NCBI GenBank assembly: GCA_963702895.1
Contig: OY969767.1
Coordinates: forward strand, 2,624,001-2,688,000
Direction of reading: 5' to 3'
DNA length: 64,000 nucleotides
Origin: an uncultured Elusimicrobia bacterium
GTDB lineage: Bacteria > Elusimicrobiota > Elusimicrobia > 2-01-FULL-59-12
Below, in pieces: positions 27,318 through 37,554 of the stretch. Position numbers and translations under genes: made by a program. How positions within the stretch are numbered: the stretch's first letter is position 1; each line of letters begins with the position of its first letter. Under the pieces are notes generated by a model. That model searched no databases. It was not told the DNA's origin and saw nothing but the letters and a program-made list of their open reading frames with translations.

Positions 27318-28709
27318 TTAGACGACGTATCTCCCCCCTGCGTCTTTCTTGGCCATTTCTTCGAGCTCCGCTCGCTGGGTCTCAAAACCCGCGCGCCCCA
27401 TGAGAGCATGCGTGTAGATTTTGGCCAGCTCCACGCCCGGCTGGTCGAAAGCATTGATGGACAGAAGCTCTCCCATATAAGCGGTAGCCATTTCAAAGAA
27501 GAAGAAAATCTCCCCGATGGATCTTTCAGAGACTTCATCAAGGGTGAGGGTCATGTTCGGGCGTTCCGCCTTCGTGAGAGCGGACCGCGTTCCCTGTTCC
27601 TCGGCTTTGAGGAGCTCGTTGAGCGTTCGGCCACCCAGGTAATGCTTCTTGTCGATCTTGGGGATGACCACCTTCTTCCCAAAATCGTTTAAGGTCAGGA
27701 AGCAAATCACTTTATCGTAGGGCCCCTCCATATAGAGTTGCGCCTGAGAATGTTGGTCCGTGACCCCGAGGGCCTTGATGGGCGTCGGGCCCACATGCAC
27801 CACCCGTCCGCTGCGGTCGACTCGTTTACCCAGGCTCTCCGCCCAGAGCTGGCGATACCAATCAGCCATACTGTAGAGGTTCTGCGAGTAAGGCATCAGG
27901 ACCGAGAGCCTCATGCCCTTCTGATAATACAGGTATTGGATGGCGGCATAGGCCGCGGCAGGGTTCATTTTCAGAGAAGGGTTCTGGCACTTGGATCGCA
28001 TGGCCCTGGCGCCTTCCAGCAACTTTTCGACATGGACGCCTGTGAGCGCTGAGGAGACGAGGCCAACGGGGGACAAAACAGAAAATCGCCCACCCACATT
28101 GGCGGGCACAGCAAAACGGTCCATCTGTTCTCGTGCGGCCAGCTCGCGCAGGTATCCTTTTTGGGCATCGGTCGTGATCACAAAATGTTGGGAAGCTTTT
28201 TTGAGGCCGACTTTCTCCTCCACTCTCTTTCGAAAGATGAAATAGGCGGCCAGGGATTCCGCCGTGGTGCCGGATTTGGATATGACATTAAAAAGTGTTC
28301 TTCGGGGGTCCACGACAGCGGCAAGATCCGCCGCCCAGCGCGGATCCACATTGTCAAAGACGAAAAGACGAAGCCAGCCCTTTCGTGATTTCTTGTCTCC
28401 CATGTTCCAATAAGGCGATCGGAGCGCGTTTTGAATGGCAATATTGCCCAGAGCGCTGCCGCCAATGCCCAGGACCACGAGGGTGTCAAAAGAGCCCCGC
28501 TTTTTTTTGGCCCAGGACATGATTTTGCGAGCTTCATCGCTTTGGTTGGGCAGGTCGACAAACCCCAGCTTCCCAGCATCGGCCTGATGGATGACGCTTT
28601 CGTGAGCGCTTTTGAGCTTGGCCTCCATCCCATAGAGCTCCGGCTCACTCAGGCCATGAGACAAGCCAATCGAATCCACAAGACAGTTCGTGAAATTAAG
28701 CGACAACAT
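27318..28709 (-). CDS. pgi: Glucose-6-phosphate isomerase
   Basis: GIGGSALG, SKSGTTAE, VGGRFSVLS, QLWAESLGK, DQHS, FDQPGVE. Confidence 0.95.
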   Translation of the reverse strand: MLSLNFTNCLVDSIGLSHGLSEPELYGMEAKLKSAHESVIHQADAGKLGFVDLPNQSDEARKIMSWAKKKRGSFDTLVVLGIGGSALGNIAIQNALRSPYWNMGDKKSRKGWLRLFVFDNVDPRWAADLAAVVDPRRTLFNVISKSGTTAESLAAYFIFRKRVEEKVGLKKASQHFVITTDAQKGYLRELAAREQMDRFAVPANVGGRFSVLSPVGLVSSALTGVHVEKLLEGARAMRSKCQNPSLKMNPAAAYAAIQYLYYQKGMRLSVLMPYSQNLYSMADWYRQLWAESLGKRVDRSGRVVHVGPTPIKALGVTDQHSQAQLYMEGPYDKVICFLTLNDFGKKVVIPKIDKKHYLGGRTLNELLKAEEQGTRSALTKAERPNMTLTLDEVSERSIGEIFFFFEMATAYMGELLSINAFDQPGVELAKIYTHALMGRAGFETQRAELEEMAKKDAGGRYVV

Positions 28710-28720
28710 GGGGATCTCCT

Positions 28721-29131
28721 CTATTTGCCAGGTGGCATTTGAACCGGTTTCTGGGAAGCCTTCCAAGCTTCGAAACCACCTGAAAGGATATATATATCTT
28801 TATAGCCGGATTGGTAAAGCAGATGCGCCGCTTTTCGGGAACGGTTATCCGTGCGACAATAGAGCAGCAGGGGTTGGGTTTTGTCCTTGGGGAGTTCCTG
28901 GCGGCGTCGCTCCAGCTCTGCCAAGGGGATCAGTCGCGCTCCAGGAATAAATCCTTTAGAGAACTCTTCGGGAGTCCTCACGTCCAGGAGCACAACCCCC
29001 ACATCGCGAAGTAGCTTCTCGGCGTCTGCAGGGTTGACGTTGTGGATCGCAGGTGCTCGCCTGGCTCCAACCAGGAGAAGCCCTGCCAAGAGAACTCCCA
29101 GGGCCCGGCTTATGTACTTGCTTTCTGGCAC
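28721..29131 (-). CDS. Rhodanese-like protein with N-terminal anchor
   Basis: LDVRTPEEF..GFIPGA, YCRTDNRS, GGFEAW. Confidence 0.88.
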   Translation of the reverse strand: MPESKYISRALGVLLAGLLLVGARRAPAIHNVNPADAEKLLRDVGVVLLDVRTPEEFSKGFIPGARLIPLAELERRRQELPKDKTQPLLLYCRTDNRSRKAAHLLYQSGYKDIYILSGGFEAWKASQKPVQMPPGK

Positions 29132-29152
29132 AGAGGGAGGAAGCGCGCTTCG

Positions 29153-30934
29153 TCAGCTTCCAAGGCGTTGAACAAACGCTGCCTGTTCTTCGCGAAGCTC
29201 CTGGGGCAGGCGCGATCCAATTTTGTCAAAGAATGCTTTTTGGTCTGCGATATCTTCCGTCCAATCCGAAGCGCTCACCTCAAGAAGCGCGCGAATGTGT
29301 TCAGGCGTGAGGTTTAAACCGGATAACGGAAGTCCCTCCGGCGTGGGAACGTATCCCATGGGCGTCTTGACCGCATGGTCCCTGCCTCCGCAGCGCTCCA
29401 GGGCCCAGAGAATCGGCCGCAGGTTTTCCCCAAAGCCCGGCCAGAGGAACTTGTTGGTCGTCCTGTCCCGACGGAACCAGTTGACATGGAAGATTTTGGG
29501 AGCTTGGGCGCCCAGACGCTTCCCCATGTCGAGCCAGTGCCGGAAATAATCTCCTACGTTGTAGCCGATGAAGGGGAGCATCGCCATCGGATCACGCCGC
29601 ACCACCCCTGTCTGGCCTACGGCTGCCGAGGTGGTCTCAGAGGCCATGGTCGCCCCCAGGTACACCCCGTGCTGCCAATCGAAACTCTCGCAAATCAGCG
29701 GAGCGACGCGAGCGCGTCGCGCGCCAAATAAGATCGCGGAGAGCGGCACGCCCTGAGGATCTTCCCAATGGGGCGAGATCGAAGGGCACTGAGCCGCAGG
29801 AGTGGTAAATCGCGCGTTGGGGTGGGCGGCCCTCTCTTGGGAAGCGGGCGTCCAATCTTCACCTTTCCAATTGATGCCGTGCGCGGGCGGCGGACCCATA
29901 TCCTCCCACCAGACGCCGCCGTCATCGGTTTTGAGAACATTCGTAAACAAAGTGTTCCTGTTGATCGTTTTCATCGCGTTGGGATTGGTTTGATCGTTGG
30001 TCCCCGGCGCTACGCCAAAGAGCCCGTATTCGGGGTTCTGGGCCCAGAGCCGACCATCCGGCCCGATGCGCAGCCACGCGATATCATCACCCACGGTCCA
30101 GACTTTATAGCCGGCAAGGGTCTTCGGTGGAATAAGCATGGCGAGGTTCGTCTTGCCGCACTGGCTGGGGAAAGCGGCGGCGATATACTCCACCTCACCC
30201 CGTGGATTTTCAATGCCCAAGATGAGCATATGCTCGGCCATCCACCCCTGCTGTTGACCCAGGTAGCTGCCGATGCGAAGCGCCAGACACTTCTTGCCGA
30301 GCAGGGCGTTGCCGCCATACGCGGAGCCGACGCTCCAGATGGTGTTATCTTCCGGGAAATGGCAGATGAAGCGGCGCTCCGGACTCAAGTCCGCTTTACC
30401 GTGAAGGCACTTCGTGAATTCTCCGGAGGTGCCCAGGTCTTGGAGCGCGATCGCTCCCATACGGGTCATGATGCGCATGTTGAGCGTGACATAGCGGCTG
30501 TCGGTGATTTGAATGCCGATTTTGCGAAAGGGAGAGCCCGCCGGCCCCATGATAAAAGGGATCACATACATCGTACGCCCTTTCATGGATCCTTGAAAGA
30601 TCGCTCCCAGCTTCTGATAGGCCTCTTGGGGATCCATCCAGTTGTTCGTGATGCCCGCGTCGTTTTTCGAGCGGGTGCAAATGAAAGTCAGTTGTTCCGT
30701 GCGCGCCACGTCGTTCAGGTCGGATCGACTCCAGTAACAGCCGGGCCACTTTTTCTCGTCCAGAGCTTCGAGCTCGCCTGAAGCGAGGCATTCTTTCGTC
30801 AAGCGGTTTTTTTCCTCTTCGGATCCGTCGCACCAATAAAGGGTGTCGGGCTGGCACAATCGTGCCATCTCGTCGACCCAAGCGACGGCTTCCTGATGCT
30901 GGATTTTGGGCCTGCTCATGGTTAATTCGTTCAT
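29153..30934 (-). CDS. pckG: Phosphoenolpyruvate carboxykinase (GTP)
   Basis: YGGNALLGKKC, AFPSQCGKTNLAM, VGDDIAW, HPNARF, RRDPMAMLPF. Confidence 0.95.
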   Translation of the reverse strand: MNELTMSRPKIQHQEAVAWVDEMARLCQPDTLYWCDGSEEEKNRLTKECLASGELEALDEKKWPGCYWSRSDLNDVARTEQLTFICTRSKNDAGITNNWMDPQEAYQKLGAIFQGSMKGRTMYVIPFIMGPAGSPFRKIGIQITDSRYVTLNMRIMTRMGAIALQDLGTSGEFTKCLHGKADLSPERRFICHFPEDNTIWSVGSAYGGNALLGKKCLALRIGSYLGQQQGWMAEHMLILGIENPRGEVEYIAAAFPSQCGKTNLAMLIPPKTLAGYKVWTVGDDIAWLRIGPDGRLWAQNPEYGLFGVAPGTNDQTNPNAMKTINRNTLFTNVLKTDDGGVWWEDMGPPPAHGINWKGEDWTPASQERAAHPNARFTTPAAQCPSISPHWEDPQGVPLSAILFGARRARVAPLICESFDWQHGVYLGATMASETTSAAVGQTGVVRRDPMAMLPFIGYNVGDYFRHWLDMGKRLGAQAPKIFHVNWFRRDRTTNKFLWPGFGENLRPILWALERCGGRDHAVKTPMGYVPTPEGLPLSGLNLTPEHIRALLEVSASDWTEDIADQKAFFDKIGSRLPQELREEQAAFVQRLGS

Positions 30935-31030
30935 CGCGCTGTCCCGGCCTTTCCTATCAATATGCTGCCTGAGGTTCTCAGGAAGTCCGGCCATTATATC
31001 AACTCTGGCGGCGGCCTCGACGGTCAAGAC

Positions 31031-32884
31031 TCACACGTCGGAAAGATTTTCGGGCGGGAACGATACGCGCACAGCGTTGAGGATGGCAAACAGATCGATG
31101 ACTTCCTGGGTGATCGCGCCCGCCACAGGCGGCAAGTAGCCAGCGGCGGCGACGAGCATTCCCGCCGCGCTCAGAAGCATCCCTCCGACCGCGGACTGCA
31201 GGGCGATTTCGCGCATCCGCTCGCTGATGTGCATGAACTCATCAACAAGGCGCAGAGAGTTTTCCATCACGACGACGCTGGCCGCCTCGCTGGTCACATC
31301 GCTGTTTTGCCCGATGGCGATGCCGACGGTTGCGGCCAGCATCGCGGGAGCGTCATTGATGCCATCGCCAATATAGAGGGTCTTGTTCTTGGCTGTTTCC
31401 TGACGGACAAGCGCAAGTTTTTCCTCCGGGCTTTTCCCCGCGTGCACCTCCTGGATCCCCACGGCTTCGGCCAGGTACTGCACCTCGGATTCCCGGTCTC
31501 CCGAGATGATCATTTGGCGATCAAAAGCATGGCGAGGGCCAAGATGGCGAATGAAGGAAGGGCTCTCCGATCGCGGCGCGTCTCGGAACCTGTAGCGTGC
31601 CGCAAGCTTCCTATCCACGAGGACAAAACACTCAAGCCCCCCATCCGGGGCAGCGCCCCCCGACGGGAGAAGGCCCATCGCGGCGATTTGCTTGCGGCCA
31701 AGGATTTGGACGTGTTTGCCTTGGAGCTTGCCTTCAAGGCCGAGTCCGGGCTTTTCGGAGATCTGCGTCACTTCGATGGGCGCCAGGCGCCTTTTTTTCG
31801 CAGCGCCCTGGATCGCGAACGCCAGCGGATGTTTGGAGTAAAGCTCAAGATTGGCCGCGAGCTCCAGGACCTCGTCACCAGAAAATCCCGGGCTCACAGA
31901 TTCCTCGACCAGCGATGGTTCACCATAGGTCAGGGTCCCCGTCTTGTCGTAGATGGCGGTACGACAGAGCTGAATTTGTTCCAGCGCAATCGGATTTTTC
32001 ACGATAATCCCGCGTTTGGCGGCGAGCGAAATCGCGCCGATGATCGCGACGGGAATCGCGATGATCAAGGGGCAAGGGGTCGCCACCACCAGGACCGCGA
32101 GAAAGCGGCCCGAGTCTCCGCTCATGACCCATGCCGAGACCGCGCAAAGAAGCGCAATCGGCGTGTAGATTCCGCCGATTTTGTCTGCCATGCGCCGCAA
32201 GCGGGGCCTCTTCTCTTCGGCCGCGCGCATAATCTCCATGATTTTGGCGTAGCGCGAGTCCTTCTGGACCCGGACCGCGCGTATGACGAGCGGGGACTCA
32301 CCATTGATAGCGCCTGAGAAAATGTTCGACCCTGGCGCCTTCGACATCATGAAAGGCTCCCCCGTCAGATAGGATTCGTCCATATAGCTATGCCCTTCCA
32401 TCACGACGGCATCCACGGGGGCAATTTCATGGGGCAGTACCATCAACTCGTCCCCAACACGAATGTCCTCGACCGCGATATCTTCCATGCGCGCGCCTTG
32501 TTTGCGGTGGGCAATCTTAGGCATGCGTTTAAGCAGCGCGTTGAGGACCGAAGAGGCCCTTTGGACGGCAAAGGTTTCGAGGAGCGCGCCACTGGATAAC
32601 ATGAGCACCAGGATGCCTCCGGCCAGGTATTCTTTGAGGATAAAGGAGGTCGCGACTGAAATGATCGCAAGGGCGTCAGCACCGAGCTCTCCGCGCGCGA
32701 GGTCTCGGAGGATGTCATAGAGCATGGGTGTCCCGCCAAGGAGGATCACGCCCATGAGAATTCGCTCGCGCAGGAGCTGAGAGATCGGTAGCAGCGGGGA
32801 AGGCACTAAATAGAAAAGAATGCCAAGCGCAGAAAGCGTCACAATCCACGCGCTCTTATTTTTGATCAACGCACGCCAGTTCAT
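31031..32884 (-). CDS. Heavy-metal P1B-type ATPase (P1B-5-like)
   Basis: TGEP, TPCP, DKTGT, KHP, GDGINDAP, C-terminal QEVID; no N-terminal metal-binding domain. Confidence 0.88.
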   Translation of the reverse strand: MNWRALIKNKSAWIVTLSALGILFYLVPSPLLPISQLLRERILMGVILLGGTPMLYDILRDLARGELGADALAIISVATSFILKEYLAGGILVLMLSSGALLETFAVQRASSVLNALLKRMPKIAHRKQGARMEDIAVEDIRVGDELMVLPHEIAPVDAVVMEGHSYMDESYLTGEPFMMSKAPGSNIFSGAINGESPLVIRAVRVQKDSRYAKIMEIMRAAEEKRPRLRRMADKIGGIYTPIALLCAVSAWVMSGDSGRFLAVLVVATPCPLIIAIPVAIIGAISLAAKRGIIVKNPIALEQIQLCRTAIYDKTGTLTYGEPSLVEESVSPGFSGDEVLELAANLELYSKHPLAFAIQGAAKKRRLAPIEVTQISEKPGLGLEGKLQGKHVQILGRKQIAAMGLLPSGGAAPDGGLECFVLVDRKLAARYRFRDAPRSESPSFIRHLGPRHAFDRQMIISGDRESEVQYLAEAVGIQEVHAGKSPEEKLALVRQETAKNKTLYIGDGINDAPAMLAATVGIAIGQNSDVTSEAASVVVMENSLRLVDEFMHISERMREIALQSAVGGMLLSAAGMLVAAAGYLPPVAGAITQEVIDLFAILNAVRVSFPPENLSDV

Positions 32885-32936
32885 CAGTCACAGCGTATCA
32901 ATTTTCATCGTGTTATCTCATATATAATCGCATCCT

Positions 32937-33617
32937 ATGGCAGGCGCTCAGAACCCGGTCCAATTCTTATCCTCCATTGCTCCTTTCAGGGGGCTCCCTC
33001 GCGTTGAGCTTGAGCGTCTCGCCCAGCGCCTCAGGAGACGCTCCTACGAAAAGGGCGAAACCGTCTATTCCGAAGGTGATTCCGCAGATAGCGTGTGGGT
33101 CTTAAGCCATGGGCGCATTCAGATCTTCAAATATTCTTCGCAAGGCCGACCGCTCGCCATCGAAAGCATTGTTCCTGGAGAGCTCTTTGGGACTCTGTGC
33201 CGCGTGGGGTCTGGGGGCCGGGTCTATCCTTGCACGGCGATTGCGGCTTTTGAATCGGAAGCGCTGCAAATTGGCGATCGTGAATTTCATGACCTTTATA
33301 ACCGGTACCCTGCTGTCGTGATGGGGGTTTGCAGCCTCTGCAGCCAGCGCCTCCAAACGGTCCAGAGCCTTTTTTGTTCCGGCCAGGAGCATGTCGACCG
33401 GCGCTTGGCGTCCCTTCTTCTCAAACTCCAAAAGTCTCATGGGGCCATCCTCCCCTATACGAAGCGTGAGCTCGCGGAACAGGTCGGGACAACCGTCGAA
33501 ACCACCATTCGTGTCATGCGCCGGTTCGAAAACGACGGTTGGATCCAATCTTCCCGGGGCAAGATTGAACTCACGAAAGCCCGCTCCATCCAGGAATTTG
33601 TGAACCACGTTTCTTAA
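32937..33617 (+). CDS. Crp/Fnr-family transcriptional regulator
   Basis: cNMP-binding fold (GELFG), HTH ELAEQVGTTVETTIR. Confidence 0.9.
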   Translation: MAGAQNPVQFLSSIAPFRGLPRVELERLAQRLRRRSYEKGETVYSEGDSADSVWVLSHGRIQIFKYSSQGRPLAIESIVPGELFGTLCRVGSGGRVYPCTAIAAFESEALQIGDREFHDLYNRYPAVVMGVCSLCSQRLQTVQSLFCSGQEHVDRRLASLLLKLQKSHGAILPYTKRELAEQVGTTVETTIRVMRRFENDGWIQSSRGKIELTKARSIQEFVNHVS

Positions 33618-33763
33618 TAAAAGGAAACGCTCCAGCCAAGACCTCGGAGACATCCCGCTCCAAGGGAGACCACTTCCTGCTCTCCATCACTTGATCATCC
33701 CCCCCCTTTTTTTGCGGTGCTCCTTCCCACGACGAATGCCAGGTCATGAAATATTTGCACCTC

Positions 33764-33779
33764 TATGATCCGCGTCATG
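33764..33779. promoter_or_regulatory. Putative Crp/Fnr box TATGA-N6-TCATG
   Basis: Palindrome about 41 bp upstream of the inferred start of a TACACT (-10, 33801-33806) promoter. Confidence 0.55.
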
Positions 33780-33816
33780 GTGATCTCTGCGGCCCAAGGT
33801 TACACTCAGAGCGTCT

Positions 33817-34020
33817 ATGAACCCCAAGAAGTCGCTGGCCAAAACTTTCGCCATGGAACGACCGTCAGAGCTGGAAGTGATCGCAAGCGAGCTCGCGATG
33901 GCTGTTTGGAACAAGATTTCGCAGTTGCCGCAAATGCATAAGATCCGCATGCGGGATTACCCGGGGATCTATGAGGCAGTCCACTCAAGCCTGAAGCACT
34001 ATAGCTCACCATCCAAATAA
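33817..34020 (+). CDS. Small hypothetical protein
   Basis: 67 aa, helical, preceded by box and -10. Confidence 0.5.
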   Translation: MNPKKSLAKTFAMERPSELEVIASELAMAVWNKISQLPQMHKIRMRDYPGIYEAVHSSLKHYSSPSK

Positions 34021-34098
34021 GTCCCAGGAGATAGCATGTTTTTGCTTGTGTTATGAGATCCAGCATGCCGGCGATACGCCTTGATGCACTCCATCCGC

Positions 34099-35625
34099 AT
34101 GGCTGAGCCTTCCTATCCCTTCGCGGGGTTCCGCAGCCTGTTTAAGAACACGATGAGCCTGATTGGATTAGGGATGGCCTTCCTCTGCACGATGGTGGGC
34201 TTGCCCCTCATGTTGATGGATGTTGTTTCTGGGCATACCAACCCGTATGCCGGGATCTTCACCTATGGTCTTTTGCCGGGGGCCTCTGGCTTGGGGTTGG
34301 GCGCGGCGCTTCTCGGCGCTTATCTTGAGCGCCGCCGAAGGAAGAAATCACCCGGGGCTCCTGTTCCCCCGCTTCCACGCATCGATTTAAATGACCCCCG
34401 CCATCGGTTGATCCTCGTCGGCACCTTTGGCGCCGCGATCGTGCTCATCGTCCTTCTTTCCGTGACGGGCTATCAAGCCTATCACTTTACGGAATCTGTG
34501 ACTTTTTGCGGCCAGGTTTGCCACGAGGTGATGAAGCCTGAATTTACCGCCTATCAGTATTCGCCGCACGCGCGGGTGTCCTGCGTGGCCTGCCATGTGG
34601 GGCCGGGTGCCAGCTATTTTGTGAGATCAAAAATCGCGGGTTCTTACCAGCTCTATTCGGTCGCCTTTAACAAATTCCCGCGGCCTATCGAGACCCCTGT
34701 CCATGACCTGCGGCCCGCTCAGGAGACTTGCGAACAGTGTCACTGGCCGGCCAAGTTCTTTGGCGCTCAACAGAAAACATTTACACATTACCTTGCTGAT
34801 GAAAAGAATTCTCCCTGGCTGATTCAGATGCTGATCAACATCGGCGGGGGCGATCCCAAGACAGGCGCCATGACGGGCGGCATCCATTACCACATGAACA
34901 TCGCCAACGAGATCTTCTATATCGCGACGGATCAGAAACGTGAAACCATTCCGTATGTCAAGGCGGTCCATAAGGATGGGGCCCAAGAAGAATATATGTC
35001 GACGGAAAGTCCCCTGACCCCTGCCGAGATGGCCAAGAGCGCGCCGCGTCGCATGGACTGCGTCGATTGCCATAACCGTCCCTCGCATATCTATCATCCG
35101 CCCGACCGGGCTGTCGATCAGCTCTTTCAAACGGCGGAACTTGACCCGTCTCTGCCTTATCTCAAGCGGGAGAGCATGCGGCTTCTGTCTGGAGACTACA
35201 CAACGGAAGCGGAGGCACGAGCGGCCATCTTCAAGGGGTTGCCCGAGTTTTACGAGAAGAATTACCCGGGCCTTTTCAAAGCGAAGTCTGCCTCGATACG
35301 CCAAGCGACCGAAGCGCTCCAGGCCACCTTCTCCGCCACCCAATTCCCCGAGATGAAGACCGATTGGCGGGTCCATCCGAACCATATCAGCCATCTCACC
35401 TCCGAGGGTTGTTTCCGGTGCCATGACGGACTGCATAAGAGCGCAAGTGGCAAAGTGATTACCCATGACTGCAACGCCTGTCACACCTTCCTCGCTCAGG
35501 GCAGCCCCAAGGAAGTGGCCAAGATGCGCCTGCAAGCCCAGAGCTTCCGTCACCCCGTCGACGTTGGTGCGGATGTGACGCAGATGAAATGCAGTGCCTG
35601 TCATAACGGAACCATAGGACTTTAG
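34099..35625 (+). CDS. NapC/NirT-family multiheme membrane cytochrome c (7 heme motifs)
   Basis: 3 TM, TESVTFCGQVCH, then CVACH, CEQCH, CVDCH, CFRCH, CNACH, CSACH. Confidence 0.88.
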   Translation: MAEPSYPFAGFRSLFKNTMSLIGLGMAFLCTMVGLPLMLMDVVSGHTNPYAGIFTYGLLPGASGLGLGAALLGAYLERRRRKKSPGAPVPPLPRIDLNDPRHRLILVGTFGAAIVLIVLLSVTGYQAYHFTESVTFCGQVCHEVMKPEFTAYQYSPHARVSCVACHVGPGASYFVRSKIAGSYQLYSVAFNKFPRPIETPVHDLRPAQETCEQCHWPAKFFGAQQKTFTHYLADEKNSPWLIQMLINIGGGDPKTGAMTGGIHYHMNIANEIFYIATDQKRETIPYVKAVHKDGAQEEYMSTESPLTPAEMAKSAPRRMDCVDCHNRPSHIYHPPDRAVDQLFQTAELDPSLPYLKRESMRLLSGDYTTEAEARAAIFKGLPEFYEKNYPGLFKAKSASIRQATEALQATFSATQFPEMKTDWRVHPNHISHLTSEGCFRCHDGLHKSASGKVITHDCNACHTFLAQGSPKEVAKMRLQAQSFRHPVDVGADVTQMKCSACHNGTIGL

Positions 35626-35702
35626 GCAGAAACCCCCATGTCTATGCGGGAAGGGCTCGTTGCTCATCTCGTCGGCATTTGCGCCGGCGCTCACACCGAG
35701 TC

Positions 35703-36839
35703 TTAGGATTGCTTTTTGAGAAAGCGCAACAGGTGAATCAGAAACTGGATGGCCAAACCAAGAATAACCAACGTGCAGGAAATGTAGGGCGCCCAGGCGG
35801 CTGGATTTTCCACGACTTGAAAGACGGAGAGTCGGTCCCCCTTCCCGTAGCTGGCCTGGTAAAAGGTTTTGCCTTGGTAACGGAGAGGGTGGTTCATGTA
35901 GATCAGTGCGTCGCGAACTTCTCCGGTCGCCGCATGGGTGAGCTGGACCAAGCTTGAAAAATTCTTCGGGATGTCCGTTCCAGGGTAAACATCATGGCGA
36001 AATTCCTTCAGGGTCAAGCTGAAGGGGTAATAGTGGCGGCGCTGTCGAATGGAAAGTTGATAGGTCTTGCCCTGCGACCGAAAGGATTGCGGCGCGGCGA
36101 GGCCTGAGGAAAGGAGCCACACCCCTCGACTCTTCCCGCCCTCCAGCACTTCCACAAAGGCGGAGACGGCATTCGTCTCTTCGTCGGACTGGACGGGGCG
36201 GATTTCTTCCACCCCCACGCGCGTGCCTATCCCCTGATTGGCCAGGGTGGGTCCTGAGGCCTCACCCATCTGCAGGTGGGCATTCGAGAAAAACTTCTGG
36301 ACCACCAGCGAGAAGGGCAGGTTTTTGAGGTGGAGAGGGCCAGGGCGGCTAAACACAGCATAGGGGATGCTCGTGACTTCATCGAATTTCGGGTCCGACG
36401 TCATGACAATGGCCAGCTCCGTATCGCGGAAGCTCTCCGAATAGTGGCTCGTCTGCCCGATTTCGATCGGCATATGGCTCTCGCGAGCGAGCATCTGCGT
36501 CACAAACTGACCGAGCATGAGGAGTACCACGCCGACATGGGAGATGAGAATGCCGGCATCGCGGCGCCTGAAAGTGAAGCGAACGGCGAAAGCCGCCAGG
36601 AGATTGATGACCCATAGGAAGCCAATCGTGAGACCACCCGGAAAGACGGGCAGTTTTATCCCGCCCCATGTCGCGTAAACCCACCATCCATTAAAGAAGG
36701 CTTTCTGTGCGGCGAAAGCGCCCATATTCACCTGCGCGAGCGTCCCGAAGATCACGAGCAGCATCGCCAATCCCAGACACACGAGCGTGACCTGGACCGA
36801 GGCGAGCCTTTCGAGCCAGCGCAGATCTTTAGTTTTCAT
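35703..36839 (-). CDS. resB: Cytochrome c biogenesis protein ResB/Ccs1-like (system II)
   Basis: GTLAQ, GILISHVG, YPGTDIPKNFSS, IYMNHPLRY.GKTFYQAS. Confidence 0.82.
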   Translation of the reverse strand: MKTKDLRWLERLASVQVTLVCLGLAMLLVIFGTLAQVNMGAFAAQKAFFNGWWVYATWGGIKLPVFPGGLTIGFLWVINLLAAFAVRFTFRRRDAGILISHVGVVLLMLGQFVTQMLARESHMPIEIGQTSHYSESFRDTELAIVMTSDPKFDEVTSIPYAVFSRPGPLHLKNLPFSLVVQKFFSNAHLQMGEASGPTLANQGIGTRVGVEEIRPVQSDEETNAVSAFVEVLEGGKSRGVWLLSSGLAAPQSFRSQGKTYQLSIRQRRHYYPFSLTLKEFRHDVYPGTDIPKNFSSLVQLTHAATGEVRDALIYMNHPLRYQGKTFYQASYGKGDRLSVFQVVENPAAWAPYISCTLVILGLAIQFLIHLLRFLKKQS

Positions 36840-37419
36840 GGAACGTTAAGCTCTCGAGGAACTGCAGGAAAGCGGGTTTGGCCGACCCCACCGCGGCCTC
36901 ATCGCCTGTCATCTTGAAAAACCAGCTGCGGTTTTCCTGGTGATAGATCGCTGCCACAAGGCGCTTGTTCTCATTTGCAAAGTCGGTCAGCAGCATCTTG
37001 CGCCCGGCCGGAGCGATGGATTCGCTTTCTTTCCCCAGATCGCTCTCCGGGATGGGCCCCAGGCCGATCTGTCCTCGCCAACGATTGATATTGGCAAGGT
37101 CTCCACCGGCGTCGCCTGAGAGCGGGACCACCGAGACGTCTGCCTGCTGGCCGTTGGGCCCCTTGATCAGGAAACTCCCGACGCGCATGGAGGACGGCGT
37201 TTGTTCCTCCCAGCCAGACGGTACTTTCCATGCGATGTTTTTCTCACCCCTCGGTGAAGCGTGAGGGGAGGCTTGTCCCATCGCCATCGAGGGCAGGGTG
37301 TCCGCCAGCGTTGCTTTAGGAATCCGATAGGTCTCGATTTTTTGTCGCTGGCAGGCGCCGCTCACGAGGGACACCATCGCTAAAAGGCAAAGTGCAGATC
37401 GCTTCATAGGAGCTTGCAT
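36829..37419 (-). CDS. Conserved lipoprotein-like protein upstream of resB
   Basis: Lipobox-like VSGAC; WKVPSGW, LANINRWRGQIGL, WFFKMTG. Confidence 0.65.
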   Translation of the reverse strand: MQAPMKRSALCLLAMVSLVSGACQRQKIETYRIPKATLADTLPSMAMGQASPHASPRGEKNIAWKVPSGWEEQTPSSMRVGSFLIKGPNGQQADVSVVPLSGDAGGDLANINRWRGQIGLGPIPESDLGKESESIAPAGRKMLLTDFANENKRLVAAIYHQENRSWFFKMTGDEAAVGSAKPAFLQFLESLTFHEN

Positions 37420-37481
37420 TGAAACAAGTTTGGACCACCCCTCGCAAATTCGGAAATCAATTCTTGCTCAAGAATTTTGGA

Positions 37482-37500
37482 CTATGACAACCGTCATACA
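37482..37500. promoter_or_regulatory. Putative Crp/Fnr box CTATGAC-AACC-GTCATACA
   Basis: Perfect TATGAC/GTCATA palindrome between the divergent resB operon and mtrA. Confidence 0.65.
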
Positions 37501-37554
37501 GAAGGAGTTCAATGAGTTGAAAAATAGAAAAAATCACTTTATGGGGGAGCGCGC

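Noticed and set aside
33699..33713. C8-T7 homopolymer as a phase-variation tract
   Set aside because: Intergenic and well upstream of the inferred promoter; no evidence of variation
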